A stretch of DNA of 6,549 bases from an archaeon (lineage in GTDB: Archaea; Iainarchaeota; Iainarchaeia; Iainarchaeales; CSSED10-239): positions 10,021 through 16,569 of the forward strand of contig DAOOON010000016.1 of assembly GCA_035387745.1 (NCBI GenBank), given 5' to 3'. Below the pieces are notes generated by a model that was not told the origin of the DNA, did not search any database, and saw nothing but the letters and a program-made list of their open reading frames with translations. This document shows, piece by piece, positions 5,957 through 6,549 of this stretch (position 1 is its first letter; each line of letters starts with the position of its first letter). The translations under genes were made by a program, and so were the position numbers.

Positions 5957-6292
5957 ATGTTAGATCTACTTAAGAAAAAAGAAGAAAAATCTTTAAGCAT
6001 TGATTCTTTTATTTTAGATAGCTGTAAAGCAACGCCAGGTTTTGAGTTCTTTCCAAAAAAGCCAATAAAGATTGATTTAGAAAAATTATTAATGAAACTA
6101 AGAACTAAAAATTACTATATAGAAAAAGATAATTCTCCGTTTTTAATAATTTTAAAAACAAAAAAAGGCACAGTAACTATCTTTTCATCTCTAAAGATAA
6201 TTATCAGAGACACCACTCAGGAAAAAGTTGCTAAAGTCATTTTAACAGATCTTTTAAAAACCATAAACGAATTTTTATATAAGCAAGGGTGA
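5957..6292 (+). CDS. Small hypothetical protein (about 111 aa); C-terminal half resembles a single TBP-fold repeat
   Basis: The ORF is open from 5906. ATG 5957 is the first start after the upstream stop and is preceded by AAGTGA 8 nt upstream. ATG 5936 would overlap the ATPase stop by 8 nt and is an alternative. KIDLEKLL...GTVTIFSSLKIIIRDTTQEKVAKVILTDLLKTI resembles the LDLEKV...ALLIFSSGKLVVTGAKS-helix pattern of archaeal TBP repeats. TGA stop is at 6290-6292. Confidence 0.6.
   Translation: MLDLLKKKEEKSLSIDSFILDSCKATPGFEFFPKKPIKIDLEKLLMKLRTKNYYIEKDNSPFLIILKTKKGTVTIFSSLKIIIRDTTQEKVAKVILTDLLKTINEFLYKQG
6251..6262 (+). promoter_or_regulatory. TATA-like box CTTTTAAAAACC, candidate tRNA-Ser promoter, embedded in the 3' end of the small CDS
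   Basis: It is centred about 26-27 nt upstream of the tRNA 5' end (6283), the canonical archaeal TATA-to-start distance. A near-identical box lies at 3261-3271. Confidence 0.4.
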
Positions 6293-6371
6293 CTGAGTCT
6301 GGTTGAAGGTGCTAGTCTCGAAAACTAGATGCGTGTAACAGCGCACATGGGTTCAAATCCCATCCCTTGCG
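6283..6371 (+). tRNA. tRNA-Ser (anticodon CGA), class II with long variable arm, no encoded CCA
   Basis: Acceptor stem GCAAGGG (6283-6289) pairs with CCCTTGC (6364-6370), with discriminator G6371. The D stem is 3 bp, ACT/GGT, with a GG-containing loop. Anticodon stem CTAGT (6312-6316)/ACTAG (6324-6328) has loop CTCGAAA, giving anticodon CGA (6319-6321). Variable arm is TGCG(6330-6333)/CGCA(6342-6345). T arm is ATGGG/CCCAT with loop TTCAAAT. Confidence 0.92.
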
Positions 6372-6410
6372 GAGCCTTTTTCAAAAGCCGCGGGAAAAAC
6401 GTGGTTTTAC
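6372..6410 (+). repeat. Copy B of the structured element of about 45 nt (partner at 5-50), forming the tRNA trailer
   Basis: See copy A. GAGCCTTTTTCAAAAG-CCGCGGGAAAAACGTGG-TTTT. Confidence 0.45.
6377..6408 (+). terminator. tRNA trailer terminator candidates: a T5 tract, then a 5-bp hairpin followed by T4
   Basis: TTTTT (6377-6381) starts 6 nt after the tRNA. CCGCG (6388-6392) pairs with CGTGG (6400-6404), including one G-U pair and a 7-nt loop, and is followed by TTTT (6405-6408). Confidence 0.45.
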
Positions 6411-6491
6411 TAGACTTGCGTGCAATGGTTAATTACTTTGTGTTTAAAGAAAAAAAAATTCTAAGGCAAAAACCTAATTAAAAGAAAGTAG

Positions 6492-6500
6492 TTATATAAA
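6492..6500 (+). promoter_or_regulatory. TATA-like box TTATATAAA, candidate promoter for the downstream gene
   Basis: It lies about 45 nt upstream of ATG 6542. A start about 26 nt downstream would leave a roughly 20-nt leader containing the SD. Confidence 0.3.
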
Positions 6501-6531
6501 GCTATTGTCCTAATTATTTATATAAATTTAA

Positions 6532-6538
6532 AGGTGAT
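6532..6538 (+). promoter_or_regulatory. Shine-Dalgarno site AGGTGAT
   Basis: It is a 7-nt match to the complement of the conserved 16S rRNA 3' end and lies 3 nt upstream of ATG 6542. Confidence 0.55.
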
Positions 6539-6541
6539 TAA

Positions 6542-6549
6542 ATGAATAA
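6542..6549 (+). CDS. 5' end of a downstream gene (partial, runs off the window)
   Basis: ATG AAT AA... sits immediately after a strong SD. Only 2.7 codons are visible, so the product is unknown. Confidence 0.35.

Noticed and set aside
6273-6283. TTTTTATATAA directly abutting the tRNA as its promoter
   Set aside because: It is too close to the mature 5' end for the canonical spacing of about 26 nt. The box at 6251-6262 fits better.
6516-6527. Perfect 12-nt palindrome ATTTATATAAAT as an operator or the TATA box of the downstream gene
   Set aside because: It is only about 15-25 nt from ATG 6542 and upstream of the SD, so a transcription start about 26 nt downstream would fall past the start codon. 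A/T palindromes of this length are expected by chance in such AT-rich spacers.
1-6549. Mobile element, provirus, CRISPR or defence-island interpretation of the whole window
   Set aside because: No integrase, transposase, capsid or portal-like genes, CRISPR repeats, toxin-antitoxin pairs or clear long terminal repeats are visible. Only weak repeat and att-like traces occur near the tRNA, and these are reported separately with low interest.

Overview
This is an AT-rich window (roughly 30% GC by eye) with everything coding on the + strand. In order it holds: (1) a small DEDDy 3'-5' exonuclease of the PolB-exonuclease-like type, 51-644. (2) An 839-aa secreted, C-terminally membrane-anchored surface protein, 715-3234, with parallel beta-helix repeats, a PGF-pre-PGF-like domain, a Pro/Thr linker and three Cys-rich repeats. 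(3) A HerA/FtsK-clade P-loop ATPase of about 873 aa, 3322-5943, with a roughly 360-aa C-terminal extension. (4) A small protein of about 111 aa, 5957-6292, whose C-terminal half resembles a single TBP-fold repeat. (5) A class-II tRNA-Ser(CGA), 6283-6371, whose 5' end overlaps the stop of gene 4. (6) The first codons of another gene starting at 6542. The HerA-type ATPase, the archaeal-style surface-protein domain, TATA-like boxes about 26 nt upstream of the tRNA, GGTG-type Shine-Dalgarno sites and the lack of an encoded CCA suggest a small-genome, DPANN-like archaeon; this is inference only. I found no integrase, transposase, CRISPR array or rRNA. The most unusual items are the extended HerA-like ATPase with no NurA partner, apparently coupled to a half-TBP-like protein and sitting beside a large adhesin-like surface protein. 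Also unusual are a repeated structured element of about 45 nt at both ends of the gene block and a tRNA whose promoter and 5' end lie inside a CDS. All homology statements come from motif recognition by eye, not from searches.
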